A stretch of DNA of 64,000 nt, taken from assembly GCA_017656425.1 (NCBI GenBank), contig JACDNV010000003.1, positions 164,212 to 228,211 on the forward strand. Direction: 5' to 3'. Made by a program: the position numbers and the translations under genes. Origin of the DNA: Fidelibacterota bacterium. Lineage in GTDB: Bacteria > Fidelibacterota > UBA2242 > B5-G15. Positions 10,733 to 21,503 of this stretch are shown here, in pieces (position 1 is the first letter of the stretch; every line of letters starts with the position of its first letter). The notes beneath the pieces are model-generated. The model searched no databases. It worked only from the letters and a program-made list of their open reading frames with translations, and was not told where the DNA came from.

Positions 10733-12796
10733 CTAAAAATCTTCTGAAATATCATCATCTTCTAAGCCAATTACTTTTTTATCTTTTATTTGTAATCCTT
10801 TTTCTTTTGCCAAATTTTCCGAATCTTTAATTTCTACCAAATCTAATTTACCTTCCACTGACTCTGTACCATCGCCACTCAGTGTAAAGGATTCAATCAT
10901 TGATGAAAGTTCCATTGCTTGAGAATTTAACTCTCCCGCTATACTTGCGGACTGTTCAGAGTTGGAAGCATTCTTTTGAGTAACTGCGTTCATCTGATTT
11001 ACGGAGATGTTCACCTGTTCAATACCTTCTGCCTGCTCCTTACTTGCAGCCGCTATCTCCTCAATTATCTGCAATACCTTATTAGCACTCTCCGCTATCC
11101 TATCAAATACCTCTATCGTCCTGTTTACCTTCTCTACACCCCTGTCTGCACTCCTACCTGAACCCTCTATCATTACTGCCGTATTCTTCGCCGCCTCCGC
11201 TGACCTCTGTGCTAAATTCCTTACCTCCTCTGCTACTACCGCAAACCCTTTCCCTGCTTCTCCTGCTCTCGCCGCCTCTACCGCCGCATTCAACGCTAAC
11301 AGATTCGTCTGAAACGCTATCTCATCTATCGTGTTCACTATCTTACTCGTCTCTACCGAACTCTCCTTTATCTGCTTTATCGCTTCCTCTAACTCCCTTA
11401 TTGCCTCTCTCCCCTCCTTTATTACCCTGTCTGACTCATTCATCATCACTCTCGCTTGACCTGTATTGTCTGCATTCTGCTTCACCATACTGCTCATCTC
11501 TTCCAAACTGCTCGATATCTCCTCAAGTGAACTCGCCTGCTCATTTGCACCCTCCGCCAAACTCTGACTGCCTGCAGCAATCTGCTTTGCAATCGAAACT
11601 ACTCTACCAACCGCTATTTTTACCTGCTTCAGAGTCTCCTCAAGGTTATCCAATGCTTTATTTACATTATTCTTGAATTCTGCAAGCTCACCTTTATATT
11701 CACCTTTAACCCGAACTCTCATCTCTTTTTCAGCAACCCCTTCAAAAACTTCCATAACTTCTTTCATTGGAGTTATCAAAGCGTCAAGAGTTCTATTAAT
11801 TCCTTCCACCAGACTTGCATATTCTCCTTTGAACTTTTCTGGATTACCTCTCCGACTTAAATCACCTTCTAATGCAGCATTATTGAGCGTTTTTATCTCA
11901 TCAATTACCCCTCTTAAGGAATCTATAGAAGAATTAATACCTCTTTTTAGTTCATCAAAATAGCCTTTGTATTCAATTCGAATCTCATCAGGCAATTCAC
12001 CATTACCAATCTGATTTATATAATCCCCTACAATTTCCAGTGGTTCAACAAGAGAATCTATCGTACTATTAACAACGACACCAATATCTTCAAAATCTAC
12101 TCCAAGCCCTTTTTTATCAATCCTTTCATCAATATTTCCATTTTTTATTTCCCTTCCAAGGGCTTTAATCCTATCAACTAATCTTTCAATGTTAGCTGTT
12201 ATAACATTCCCAAGTAAAATAGTAATCACAACCATGGAAATGCCCATCAAAATAGAAAAATTCAATAAGGTTTTTCTCATATTGGAGTGGGTTTCCTTTA
12301 ATCCCGAAATGCTTGTCCCTGTTATTAAACTATAATTTTTCCTAAAAATTTCAATATCTGACTTCCTTAATATAACATTAGGAGCAATAAGTACTCCAAC
12401 AGAATCAAAAGCATTTAAACTTATACTATCTGTAAATGTTGTATCTCTGTATAGAGCGAAAGATTCACCCTGCTCATTTCTTACTTCAAGGTATTTTATC
12501 TCTTCAGATGAACCCACTCTATTAAAAACATCCTGGATAGACTCATAATCACTGAATTCGAGATATGTTTCTATAGACTGAAGAAGCATTTTAGACATTG
12601 TTTCATTTTGCTTTAAAAATAAATCCAGACTAGCTTTATATGTGCTTTTGGGAACTATAACACCAAATAAAATGGAAGCTGCAATTCCTATCATTAATAT
12701 TACAATAACATATCTGCCTCTTATACTTATCCAGTACTTTAGTGTTAAAAACTGGGAGAAAAACTTTAATATCCTTTTAAACATTTTAACCCCCAA
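10733..12796 (-). CDS. Methyl-accepting chemotaxis protein (TM, short periplasmic sensor, HAMP repeats, MCP signalling domain).
   Basis: 687 aa with two TM segments, several HAMP-like repeats, and the conserved region ...[34 protein letters not shown]... Confidence 0.9.
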   Translation of the reverse strand: MGVKMFKRILKFFSQFLTLKYWISIRGRYVIVILMIGIAASILFGVIVPKSTYKASLDLFLKQNETMSKMLLQSIETYLEFSDYESIQDVFNRVGSSEEIKYLEVRNEQGESFALYRDTTFTDSISLNAFDSVGVLIAPNVILRKSDIEIFRKNYSLITGTSISGLKETHSNMRKTLLNFSILMGISMVVITILLGNVITANIERLVDRIKALGREIKNGNIDERIDKKGLGVDFEDIGVVVNSTIDSLVEPLEIVGDYINQIGNGELPDEIRIEYKGYFDELKRGINSSIDSLRGVIDEIKTLNNAALEGDLSRRGNPEKFKGEYASLVEGINRTLDALITPMKEVMEVFEGVAEKEMRVRVKGEYKGELAEFKNNVNKALDNLEETLKQVKIAVGRVVSIAKQIAAGSQSLAEGANEQASSLEEISSSLEEMSSMVKQNADNTGQARVMMNESDRVIKEGREAIRELEEAIKQIKESSVETSKIVNTIDEIAFQTNLLALNAAVEAARAGEAGKGFAVVAEEVRNLAQRSAEAAKNTAVMIEGSGRSADRGVEKVNRTIEVFDRIAESANKVLQIIEEIAAASKEQAEGIEQVNISVNQMNAVTQKNASNSEQSASIAGELNSQAMELSSMIESFTLSGDGTESVEGKLDLVEIKDSENLAKEKGLQIKDKKVIGLEDDDISEDF
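11010..11576. repeat. Copy 1 of a perfect 567-bp direct repeat (MCP signalling-domain coding region).
   Basis: Base-for-base identical to 13709-14275 (offset 2699). Identity ends abruptly at both edges. Local composition is GC-richer than the flanks. Confidence 0.9.
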
Positions 12797-12801
12797 ATCT
12801 A

Positions 12802-13365
12802 TTATTGAGTCTGCTTAGTAATTATATAATCAGGGCTCTCATTTATAGGAAAATTTAAAACCTGTCTTACCTGCTCATTTACAACAATTTCCACTGGTTC
12901 AGTATTTTTTATATAAATTAATGCTCCATTTTCAAGCCAGCCCTCTTGCATAACTATTAAAGGTATTTTTTTCAGTTTACTCATTTTGCATATATTTTTA
13001 ATAATAAAAGGATCTGACATGGCCTCTGAAGGCCAGACAAATATAGCATTACATTGTTTTTCATTTACAAGAACTGTGAAATCATTAAATATATCACCTG
13101 CAATCAATTTTGATTGGGTTACATAAATTCGCATGGACCTCGGTGGTGCCGTCTGCAATTGAGCAAGCCTGTTAATTACATTATCAGGTAAACCATCCGA
13201 TAATATTCCAAGAGTAATAATTACAAAATTTAATTGTTTAATAGTTTTTATAACTTTATCTACTGGTATATTCTTGTTTTGAGAATTAATTTGGTTAACT
13301 GTAAGAATAGTAAAAGCCAAAATACAAATGCTCAGATTTCTCAACCTCACATCTACCTCCCGCAT
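12802..13365 (-). CDS. Secreted or periplasmic hypothetical protein, possibly YfiR/DUF4154-like, encoded between the two MCP genes.
   Basis: 187 aa with an N-terminal signal-peptide-like hydrophobic segment and a mixed alpha/beta body. Co-operonic with the MCPs, with 6-25 nt gaps. Confidence 0.3.
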   Translation of the reverse strand: MREVDVRLRNLSICILAFTILTVNQINSQNKNIPVDKVIKTIKQLNFVIITLGILSDGLPDNVINRLAQLQTAPPRSMRIYVTQSKLIAGDIFNDFTVLVNEKQCNAIFVWPSEAMSDPFIIKNICKMSKLKKIPLIVMQEGWLENGALIYIKNTEPVEIVVNEQVRQVLNFPINESPDYIITKQTQ

Positions 13366-13389
13366 TTTTATTGTAATAATCCCAAATAA

Positions 13390-16017
13390 TTAAAAATCTT
13401 CCAGGTTCTCAAGATTATCATTAAAAGGGATTATCTCCTCTGGTTTTAGCTTCTTCTTCCCAACCATTTCCTCTTTCTTCTCTTCTATATCCATAATTTC
13501 TTTTTTTCTTGCTTTCTCTTTTACACCTTTTTCAATATTACTCTTTTTAATGACTTCCTTTTTTTCAAACCTTCCACTTAGTCTGAATGATCTTATCATT
13601 GTTGATAATTCCTGAGACTGAATATTTAACCTTCCTATAATATTTGCCACTTCTTCTGATTTCGACGCATTTCTCTGAGTCACTGTATTCATCTGGCTAA
13701 CAGCTACATTCACCTGTTCAATACCTTCTGCCTGCTCCTTACTTGCAGCCGCTATCTCCTCAATTATCTGCAATACCTTATTAGCACTCTCCGCTATCCT
13801 ATCAAATACCTCTATCGTCCTGTTTACCTTCTCTACACCCCTGTCTGCACTCCTACCTGAACCCTCTATCATTACTGCCGTATTCTTCGCCGCCTCCGCT
13901 GACCTCTGTGCTAAATTCCTTACCTCCTCTGCTACTACCGCAAACCCTTTCCCTGCTTCTCCTGCTCTCGCCGCCTCTACCGCCGCATTCAACGCTAACA
14001 GATTCGTCTGAAACGCTATCTCATCTATCGTGTTCACTATCTTACTCGTCTCTACCGAACTCTCCTTTATCTGCTTTATCGCTTCCTCTAACTCCCTTAT
14101 TGCCTCTCTCCCCTCCTTTATTACCCTGTCTGACTCATTCATCATCACTCTCGCTTGACCTGTATTGTCTGCATTCTGCTTCACCATACTGCTCATCTCT
14201 TCCAAACTGCTCGATATCTCCTCAAGTGAACTCGCCTGCTCATTTGCACCCTCCGCCAAACTCTGACTGCCTGCATAAACCTGATTTGTCGCTGACAGTA
14301 CCTCACTGGTAACAGCTGAAACACTTGACAAAGCATCCTCCAAGGAATCCAGAGTTTTATTTATATCGTTTTTTAACTCATCAAATTTACCCATATATTC
14401 TCCTTTAATACGATGTGTAAAATCCTTTTTAGCTGCGCTATTCATAACCTCAGAAATTTCTTCTATGGGTGTTTTTATACTGCCAACAAGTCTGTTGAGA
14501 CCCTCAACAAGGCTTATATATTTCCCTTCAAATTTACTCTCATCTATTTTTACATCAAGATTACCACTACTAATCTCTTCAATCATATTGTTCAGATTCT
14601 CCGTGACATCTAATAAAACCTGCTTCATCCTTGACAATGCTCTTCCAATAGTATCCTTATCTGATCTTATATTAACTTCTACACTTAAATCTCCGTGAGA
14701 AATACTACGAATTTTTTCAGCCTGATCTCTAAGAGATGAAATTAAAGACCTTAAACTATCAGCTAATAAACCAATTTCATCATCAGCCTGGTAATCCACT
14801 TCTTGATCCAGATCCCCCATTGATATAGCTTTCAATGTCCTATTAAAATATTCAATGGGCTTTAATACTTTTGTCTTGTATCTTCTAGACATAGTTACCG
14901 CTGTTGCAAAAAATACAAAGGTTATAATGACTATAATCCCTAGTGTTACCCATTTAACAAAGCTGACACCACCACTGGCAGAGATAAAATCACGTTCAAA
15001 AGCATTTGCAACAATTACCCAGTCCCATGGTTCAAAATATTTTATGCCGGCTAAATATCTCTCGGAAGATTTTTGTTCACCAAGCGAATAATCAATGAAT
15101 AATATATCATTTTTCTTATCAATCGATTCAGTGATCATTTTCTGAATAATATACCTGTCCTTATTGTCTTTCATACTCCACAGGATTTTGCCAGTTTCAA
15201 ATGAGCCACCAGAAATTAAACATCTACCCCTATCGATCCCTTTCCCCTTTATTATGGATATATATCCATTCTTTCCAACATTTGTACTTTTAATCAGCTC
15301 TACCAAATCTGTCAAATCATATCCTTTAGTAATAGAAATCATACCAATTACAGAACCTTCATTTGTTGATAGTGGCATATAAGCATCTATTAACATGGTT
15401 TTATTATTTATTCTATAGGTATAATAATTTTCACCTTTCAGAATATTAGTAATTATTGGATTTGCTATTCCTGATTGGCTCTTGTTCGGGATCAACACCC
15501 CAAGATTCTTCAGATCTTCATTATTATTTGTAGCAACCTTAATCATATTTCCATCTATATCTATTCTTTGGTAAAAAGCAACTTCTCCATCTGTGTCAGA
15601 AAGTCTCGCAAACAAAGGGTTAATCGTACTTAAGTTATTAATACTATTCAAAACTATTTCAGAAACTTTTATCTCGGGTAAGTTGACATCACGTACCACC
15701 TTACCACTATAGTCTTTCAAACCCCAAGTATGTTGTACAGAAGAATTAACATCCAATTCTTCTAAATTCAGTAAAATTTTTATCTTATCAAGGTCTCTAT
15801 CTGCATTGTTCCTAATAGATTCTTCTCTATCTTCAATTAATTTATACACAAGGTTAGCGACTTGTTCTATATTTAATTTCATTAAGGATTTATTTTGTAC
15901 AATATTAAACACATCACCTTTTTGATTTATTAAACTAAGTATCAATACAAAAATTACAACAGACATGAGTACAAATAAGGTTATATAAATCCATCTGTTT
16001 TGCAATGAAAGCTTCAT
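13390..16017 (-). CDS. Methyl-accepting chemotaxis protein with a large double-Cache-like periplasmic sensor, HAMP and MCP signalling domain.
   Basis: 875 aa. N-terminal TM, about 300-aa extracytoplasmic region, second TM, HAMP repeats, and a signalling domain whose central 189 aa are identical to the other MCP. K/E-rich C-terminal tail. Confidence 0.9.
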   Translation of the reverse strand: MKLSLQNRWIYITLFVLMSVVIFVLILSLINQKGDVFNIVQNKSLMKLNIEQVANLVYKLIEDREESIRNNADRDLDKIKILLNLEELDVNSSVQHTWGLKDYSGKVVRDVNLPEIKVSEIVLNSINNLSTINPLFARLSDTDGEVAFYQRIDIDGNMIKVATNNNEDLKNLGVLIPNKSQSGIANPIITNILKGENYYTYRINNKTMLIDAYMPLSTNEGSVIGMISITKGYDLTDLVELIKSTNVGKNGYISIIKGKGIDRGRCLISGGSFETGKILWSMKDNKDRYIIQKMITESIDKKNDILFIDYSLGEQKSSERYLAGIKYFEPWDWVIVANAFERDFISASGGVSFVKWVTLGIIVIITFVFFATAVTMSRRYKTKVLKPIEYFNRTLKAISMGDLDQEVDYQADDEIGLLADSLRSLISSLRDQAEKIRSISHGDLSVEVNIRSDKDTIGRALSRMKQVLLDVTENLNNMIEEISSGNLDVKIDESKFEGKYISLVEGLNRLVGSIKTPIEEISEVMNSAAKKDFTHRIKGEYMGKFDELKNDINKTLDSLEDALSSVSAVTSEVLSATNQVYAGSQSLAEGANEQASSLEEISSSLEEMSSMVKQNADNTGQARVMMNESDRVIKEGREAIRELEEAIKQIKESSVETSKIVNTIDEIAFQTNLLALNAAVEAARAGEAGKGFAVVAEEVRNLAQRSAEAAKNTAVMIEGSGRSADRGVEKVNRTIEVFDRIAESANKVLQIIEEIAAASKEQAEGIEQVNVAVSQMNTVTQRNASKSEEVANIIGRLNIQSQELSTMIRSFRLSGRFEKKEVIKKSNIEKGVKEKARKKEIMDIEEKKEEMVGKKKLKPEEIIPFNDNLENLEDF
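13709..14275. repeat. Copy 2 of the perfect 567-bp direct repeat.
   Basis: Identical to 11010-11576. Confidence 0.9.
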
Positions 16018-16121
16018 ACGTAACTGTCCCCCAAGTTTGGAAATTTAAAATAATTCTTAAAGTATTTATAATAAACATTTATTTTGAGCTTAACATATAC
16101 AATCATCATTTTAATAGACTA

Positions 16122-16712
16122 TTACTTCTTCTTCTTTTTAGCAGACTTCCCTTTTTCAGCCTTCTCCGCCCCCGTCTCCAGCTTATCTTTAATGTCCGCA
16201 ATCTTGGTAACCTCATCTGTACTCAAAATTTTGTCAATATTCAATAGTATCTTGATACCATCTTTCGCCTTTGCCATTCCCAATATGAAACTGGTATCTA
16301 TTTCAGCTCCAAAGGAAGGGGCATCCTCTATATCATTTGCCTCAATATCAAGAACCTCAGAAACATTATCAACGAGTAATCCAGCCTGTACAAGGGTATC
16401 ATTTCTATATACGTCGACCACAATTATACAAGTATCCTCGGTAATCTCAGCCTCCTCCAGTCCAAATTTTTTCCTTAAGTCAACAATTGGAATAATCTTT
16501 CCACGAAGATTTATAACCCCCCTTACAAAATCGGGAGTCCTTGGTACATAGGTTATATCCATTACTCCAATTATTTCTCTAACCTTTAGTATTTCAATCC
16601 CATACTCTTCATTGCTAAGTTTAAAAGTCAAATATTTCCCCGCCCTGCTTTTGTTTCTTTCGTTTTTTGTATTTTTTACTTCTAACTCTTCATTTTCAAC
16701 ATTAATGGGCAT
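16122..16712 (-). CDS. cheW: Chemotaxis coupling protein CheW with a lysine-rich C-terminal tail.
   Basis: 196 aa. CheW-like domain (KYLTFKLSNEEYGIEILKVREI...RGKIIPIVDLRKKFG). Ends ...GKSAKKKKK. Confidence 0.85.
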   Translation of the reverse strand: MPINVENEELEVKNTKNERNKSRAGKYLTFKLSNEEYGIEILKVREIIGVMDITYVPRTPDFVRGVINLRGKIIPIVDLRKKFGLEEAEITEDTCIIVVDVYRNDTLVQAGLLVDNVSEVLDIEANDIEDAPSFGAEIDTSFILGMAKAKDGIKILLNIDKILSTDEVTKIADIKDKLETGAEKAEKGKSAKKKKK

Positions 16713-16714
16713 AA

Positions 16715-19363
16715 TTACCTCCCAATCACCTTTTCAATTACATTTGACTCTCTCGATAATCTTATAAGTCCTGCAACATCAATTATAAGCCCAACTCGAC
16801 CATCTGGCATAATAGCACCACCAGAAATGCCAGGGACTTTTTTTAACAAAGTACCAAGCGGTTTTATCACTACCTGTTGCTGACCAATTAAATCATCAGC
16901 AAGAATGCCAACTTTTATATTCTCTGATTCGACTACAACAACAAGAGCATTGTAGGGGTCTTCCTTGGCATTTTCAATATCAAAGAGCTTATAAAGCCTG
17001 ATAAGAGGTAAAAGCTCTCCATGAAAAGAGATAATCTCGCCTTTTTTCATTAATGTACTTATATCATTATTTCTTGGACGAAAAGTAGTAACAACCGAAA
17101 GTGTCGGTATGATATACCGCTCACTTCCAACTTTAATTACCATTCCATCAATAATCGCTAGTGTAAGGGGTAAAATTAACCGAAAAGTCGTACCTTCACC
17201 AGACTTAGTATAAACATCAATCCTGCCTCTTATTGACTCAATATTTCTCTTAACCACGTCCAGACCTACACCCCTTCCAGATACGTCTGTTACAACATCA
17301 GCAGTAGAAAAACCTGGGGAAAAGATCAAATTCCATACTTCATTATCGGATAATTCTTTATCTTCCTTAACAAGTCCCCTTTCAATAGCTTTTCTTAATA
17401 TTTTGTCTCTATCAAGTCCCTTACCATCATCTGAAACTTCTATTATGATATTGCCACCTCTGTGGTAAGCTCTGAGTTCAATTTTTCCATACTCTGGTTT
17501 GCCCCTTTTTATACGTTCCTCAGGATTATCTTCTATACCGTGATCAATTGAATTTCTTATCATATGAACAAGAGGGTCACCAATTTTGTCAACAACCGAT
17601 TTATCAAGTTCTGTGTCCTCACCATAGGTTACAAATTCAATCTTCTTCCCCGCTTTCTTGGATAAATCACGTACCAATCTTGCCATTTTTTGAAAAGTAG
17701 ATTTTATCGGGATCATTCTTAATGAAGTACCGAGCTCCTGTAATTCCCGTGTGATTTTATCAAGTTGCGAAACATATTTTGCAAGCCTTGGTGATTCAAT
17801 ACTTTTTACTTCAGGTGCTTGAGTAACCATTGATTCAGCAATAACCAACTCACCTATTGTATCTACTAACCTATCAAGTCTATCAGCATCGATTTTTATA
17901 ATCTCTTTCAGCTTTACTTTTTGTACCTCAACATCAGCTTTTTCCACTTCAGGGCTGACATCAGGTGCTATATGTTGATCATCTTTGCTTTTTTCATCCT
18001 GGGCCGGCTCTTCAACGACAGTGGCAGTCTCTTCATCCCTATCCTTAGGCTGTTCTTCTTTAACTTTCTTTTGTCCCAAAACTGGTTTCTTTTCTTCTAC
18101 CCTTTCCTCCACTTCTATAATACCTTCATCAACAAGCCTGATTAAATTTTCTATATCTTTTATAAGTTGATAGAATTCTCGCCCTTGAGGCTTAACTACT
18201 CCTGTTTTTGTAACCTCTTCAAGATCCTTTATCATTTCTTTCAACTTATCGACAGCTCTAAAAACCAAATCAATATTTTCCCCTTCCAATACTACTTTAC
18301 CGTTTCTGGCTTTATCCAGAAGATTCTCAGCTCTATGGGACAACTCTTGTATTTCTTTTAACCCGATAAAGCCTGCAACTCCTTTAATTGTATGAAAAGA
18401 TCGAAATACAGCATTTAATGCTTCAGCGTTCGAAGGGTCATTCTCAATTGTCAAAAGATTCAAATCAGCATTTTCAATATGCTCATTTGCTTCGTTAATA
18501 AAATCAGGTAACAACTCTACATCTACACTGTAAGGCTCTACGACTTCGAATTCTTCCTCTGGTTCTTCCTCTGGTTCTTCAATCAGTATCGGTTCCGATT
18601 TTTCCTCATTTACAATTTCTTCCTTTTTTCTCTTTTCCTTCTTCCTTTTTTTCTTCTTTTTCACCTTCCTTTCTTTTTTATCTCCAGGTTCCAATAAACC
18701 TATTATCTCTTTGACATGAGTGTAAGCATCTCTCTGCCCTGAATAATATTCAACAACCTCTTCACACCAGTCTTTGACCCTATATAAAATATCAACATCA
18801 ATATCTTCATTATCCGATAAAAAATCCTCCAGTGCATGACAGACTTTATTCAGATCATCTACTCCTACAAGCCCCGATTCACCTTTTATTGTATGAATTA
18901 TTCTCTTTAATTGATTTAGATCTTCCTGTTTACCAGTATTTTCATAATCAAGAATTAAATTTTCGATTTCCTGAAGATTACCTTCAAGAGATGTGATAAA
19001 CTCCTCAAATATGCTTTTATCAACCACTTCATTATATTCGAATACTTCTTTCCTTTTATTTTTACCTCTTTCACTATCACGAACAATTGAATTTATAAGA
19101 GTTTGCAGATCTGAAAATCTTTTTGAGACTTCATTAAAAACCTCTGCAGGACTATCTGTTTCCCCAACTATTATCTTCTCAATAGTAGCTTTAAGCCACT
19201 CAACATGATCATTAATTTGTTTATTTTTTAAATCAGAGCTCAGTTTTTCAACCTTATCCAGATCATTTAAAATTTCACCAAGAACAGGCAGATCTGAAAC
19301 ATCGGTAAGAACAATTTTTTCTCCAAGCCTTTCCAATAGGCTAACTAAATCATTTTTACTCAT
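16715..19363 (-). CDS. cheA: Chemotaxis histidine kinase CheA with two Hpt domains.
   Basis: 882 aa. Two Hpt-like segments (...IIHTIKGESGLVG... and ...FRSFHTIKGVAGFIG...) separated by a K/E-rich polyampholyte linker. Dimerisation region, HATPase (HMIRNSIDHGIE...GRGVGLDVV) and a C-terminal CheW-like domain follow. Confidence 0.9.
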   Translation of the reverse strand: MSKNDLVSLLERLGEKIVLTDVSDLPVLGEILNDLDKVEKLSSDLKNKQINDHVEWLKATIEKIIVGETDSPAEVFNEVSKRFSDLQTLINSIVRDSERGKNKRKEVFEYNEVVDKSIFEEFITSLEGNLQEIENLILDYENTGKQEDLNQLKRIIHTIKGESGLVGVDDLNKVCHALEDFLSDNEDIDVDILYRVKDWCEEVVEYYSGQRDAYTHVKEIIGLLEPGDKKERKVKKKKKRKKEKRKKEEIVNEEKSEPILIEEPEEEPEEEFEVVEPYSVDVELLPDFINEANEHIENADLNLLTIENDPSNAEALNAVFRSFHTIKGVAGFIGLKEIQELSHRAENLLDKARNGKVVLEGENIDLVFRAVDKLKEMIKDLEEVTKTGVVKPQGREFYQLIKDIENLIRLVDEGIIEVEERVEEKKPVLGQKKVKEEQPKDRDEETATVVEEPAQDEKSKDDQHIAPDVSPEVEKADVEVQKVKLKEIIKIDADRLDRLVDTIGELVIAESMVTQAPEVKSIESPRLAKYVSQLDKITRELQELGTSLRMIPIKSTFQKMARLVRDLSKKAGKKIEFVTYGEDTELDKSVVDKIGDPLVHMIRNSIDHGIEDNPEERIKRGKPEYGKIELRAYHRGGNIIIEVSDDGKGLDRDKILRKAIERGLVKEDKELSDNEVWNLIFSPGFSTADVVTDVSGRGVGLDVVKRNIESIRGRIDVYTKSGEGTTFRLILPLTLAIIDGMVIKVGSERYIIPTLSVVTTFRPRNNDISTLMKKGEIISFHGELLPLIRLYKLFDIENAKEDPYNALVVVVESENIKVGILADDLIGQQQVVIKPLGTLLKKVPGISGGAIMPDGRVGLIIDVAGLIRLSRESNVIEKVIGR

Positions 19364-19632
19364 TTCACATACCTGAAAAATCTCCCCAAAAATACAATTT
19401 TAGGATGTAAAAAAGCCATTAATTTTTTGTCAAAATCTATGCCTTAAACAAAGTCAGACGTATCAATTCCATTGAATCACAATAATTTTTAAAAGAGGTG
19501 GAAATTTTTACCGAACTACAGGAAAGGAATTCCCTTTTTTTTAATCTTAACTTTTTATTTTTACTTTTAGTTAATTAAATTAAAATTGTAATTTACACTT
19601 ATGTATAACTTTTTTAAAATAAAAATAAAAGA

Positions 19633-21489
19633 ATGAAAGCAAAAAGTAAAGAAGAAGCAGTATTAATAACGGATCATAATTATGAAATAATCGGATGGGA
19701 TAAATACGCAAAGCAACTGTATGGTTATTCTGAAGACGAGATTATTGGTAATAAAATTTTCAAAATAATTCCAACAGAATACCAAAAGACCTTTTTAAAT
19801 ATTCTTAAAAATGCCTATTATAGCGAAGTGACAGATGAAGTCGAAGGACTTCGAGTAAACAAAAAAGGTGAAATATTTTATGTAAACTCTCTGATAAAAC
19901 CATTGAAAGATGAAGAAACCGGGGAAATTACTTTTGCGATTTACGAAACCGATGTTACAAATAGAGTCAATGCACGAACGAAAATATTAGAGAGTGAAGA
20001 AAAATACCGCAAACTGATAGAAAATTTATGCGACGGCATATTACTGCTTGACAATAAATTTAACATAGCTCTTGCAAATCCTGCATTTCAAGAGCTAATG
20101 GAAATAAAATCTTTGAATTTACACAATGTTCCCTTAGAAAATATTATTGAGAAAGAAGTTTTTAAAAAGATAGTTGATTATGCAAAAGAGTTAAATAAAA
20201 AAAACGTGGTAAGATTCGAAACTAACCTAAGGATAGGTAATAATATTAAAACTGTAGATATAACAATAATACCGGTTAAATCGATAAAAAACCAATTAAT
20301 AACTGGTTTCATACTTATATTCAGAGACATTACGTCAAACAAAAAAGTCGAAGAGGAATTAATAAAAGCCGCAAGGTTGGAAACAACCGAGAAAATCGCT
20401 GGGGGTATTGCCCATGATTTTAACAATATTTTAACGATAATACTTGGTAACATTTCATTATTGAAAATTTCATCAGATGTAACAGATAAGATACTAAAAA
20501 GAATTGAAAAAATAGAAAAAGCATCTCTACGGGCACGTGAATTAACTCAAAAACTGATGACTTTCACAAGGAGTGGCGAACCAATTAAAAAGATTACATC
20601 TGTTAAAAAAGCTATAATTGAGAGTGTAAGCCTCACTTCAGCAGGAACAAGCATCACGATAGATGTAGATATTCAAAAAGACTTATGGGGAGCAGAAATT
20701 GACGAAGAACAAATCATTTATGTATTAAACAATCTACTAGTAAATGCCCAGCAAGCTATGATGTCTGGAGGCAAGGTTCTCGTAAAAGCAGAAAATTTTC
20801 TTTTAAAAGAAAAAAATGATAAACTATTTGAATTACAACCAGGCAAATATATAAAAATCACTGTAAAAGATAATGGCCCAGGTATCCCCTCGGACATCTT
20901 AGACCACATATTTGAACCTTATTTTACGACAAAGGACAAAAAACATGGACTTGGACTCAGTACTTCCTACATAATAGTAAAAAGACACAATGGCACAATT
21001 AAAGTTGAATCTGAACATGGCAAAGGTACAGCATTTTACATATACTTGCCATCAATAGGAAAATATATAGAATCCGAGGAAGAAAAACCAGACCACTTTT
21101 ATAAAGGAGAGGGTAAAATTTTAATCATGGATGATGAAGAAGAAATAAGAGAAATGGCTGGAATTATGCTTCAGAACATAGGTTATAAAGTTGATTTTGC
21201 CGCCGATGGTGAGGAGGCAATAAGAAAATACAAAAAACAGATGATGTTGGAGAAAAAGTTTGATGCAGTTATACTTGATCTTACTGTACCGGGCGGTATG
21301 GGTGGAAAAGAAACAATAACCGAATTGTTAAAAATAGACCCTGATGTGAAAGCAATAGTATCAAGTGGCTATTCGAATGATCCCATTATGACGAAATACA
21401 AGCAACATGGATTTTCTGGCGTTGTTAGAAAGCCCTACAGACCACTTGAGCTAGGTAAAGTCATAAAAAAAATAATAAGTAAAAAATAG
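19633..21489 (+). CDS. Hybrid sensor histidine kinase (PAS-PAS-HisKA-HATPase-REC).
   Basis: 618 aa. PAS-like N-terminal repeats, H-box GGIAHDFNNILTII, ATPase N/G boxes (NLLVNAQQAM...GLGLS), and a C-terminal receiver (ILIMDDEEEIR...DLTVPGGMGG...KPY). Confidence 0.8.
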   Translation: MKAKSKEEAVLITDHNYEIIGWDKYAKQLYGYSEDEIIGNKIFKIIPTEYQKTFLNILKNAYYSEVTDEVEGLRVNKKGEIFYVNSLIKPLKDEETGEITFAIYETDVTNRVNARTKILESEEKYRKLIENLCDGILLLDNKFNIALANPAFQELMEIKSLNLHNVPLENIIEKEVFKKIVDYAKELNKKNVVRFETNLRIGNNIKTVDITIIPVKSIKNQLITGFILIFRDITSNKKVEEELIKAARLETTEKIAGGIAHDFNNILTIILGNISLLKISSDVTDKILKRIEKIEKASLRARELTQKLMTFTRSGEPIKKITSVKKAIIESVSLTSAGTSITIDVDIQKDLWGAEIDEEQIIYVLNNLLVNAQQAMMSGGKVLVKAENFLLKEKNDKLFELQPGKYIKITVKDNGPGIPSDILDHIFEPYFTTKDKKHGLGLSTSYIIVKRHNGTIKVESEHGKGTAFYIYLPSIGKYIESEEEKPDHFYKGEGKILIMDDEEEIREMAGIMLQNIGYKVDFAADGEEAIRKYKKQMMLEKKFDAVILDLTVPGGMGGKETITELLKIDPDVKAIVSSGYSNDPIMTKYKQHGFSGVVRKPYRPLELGKVIKKIISKK

Positions 21490-21503
21490 TTATAGGAGAT
21501 ATT

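Noticed and set aside
11209-11676. Plus-strand ORFs 11209-11676 and 13908-14312, which encode proline/leucine/serine-rich proteins that are identical over 122 aa.
   Set aside because: They lie antisense to the MCP signalling-domain repeat. The open frames are a by-product of the GC-rich, stop-poor antisense of a conserved coding tract, and are not genes.
18541-18700. Polypyrimidine and tandem 12-nt repeat tracts (also the GAA-rich tract at 60421-60520) that might be taken for repeats or mobile-element signatures.
   Set aside because: They encode K/E- or D/E-rich low-complexity linkers and tails inside intact ORFs (cheA, the acidic zinc-ribbon protein). They are not interspersed repeats.
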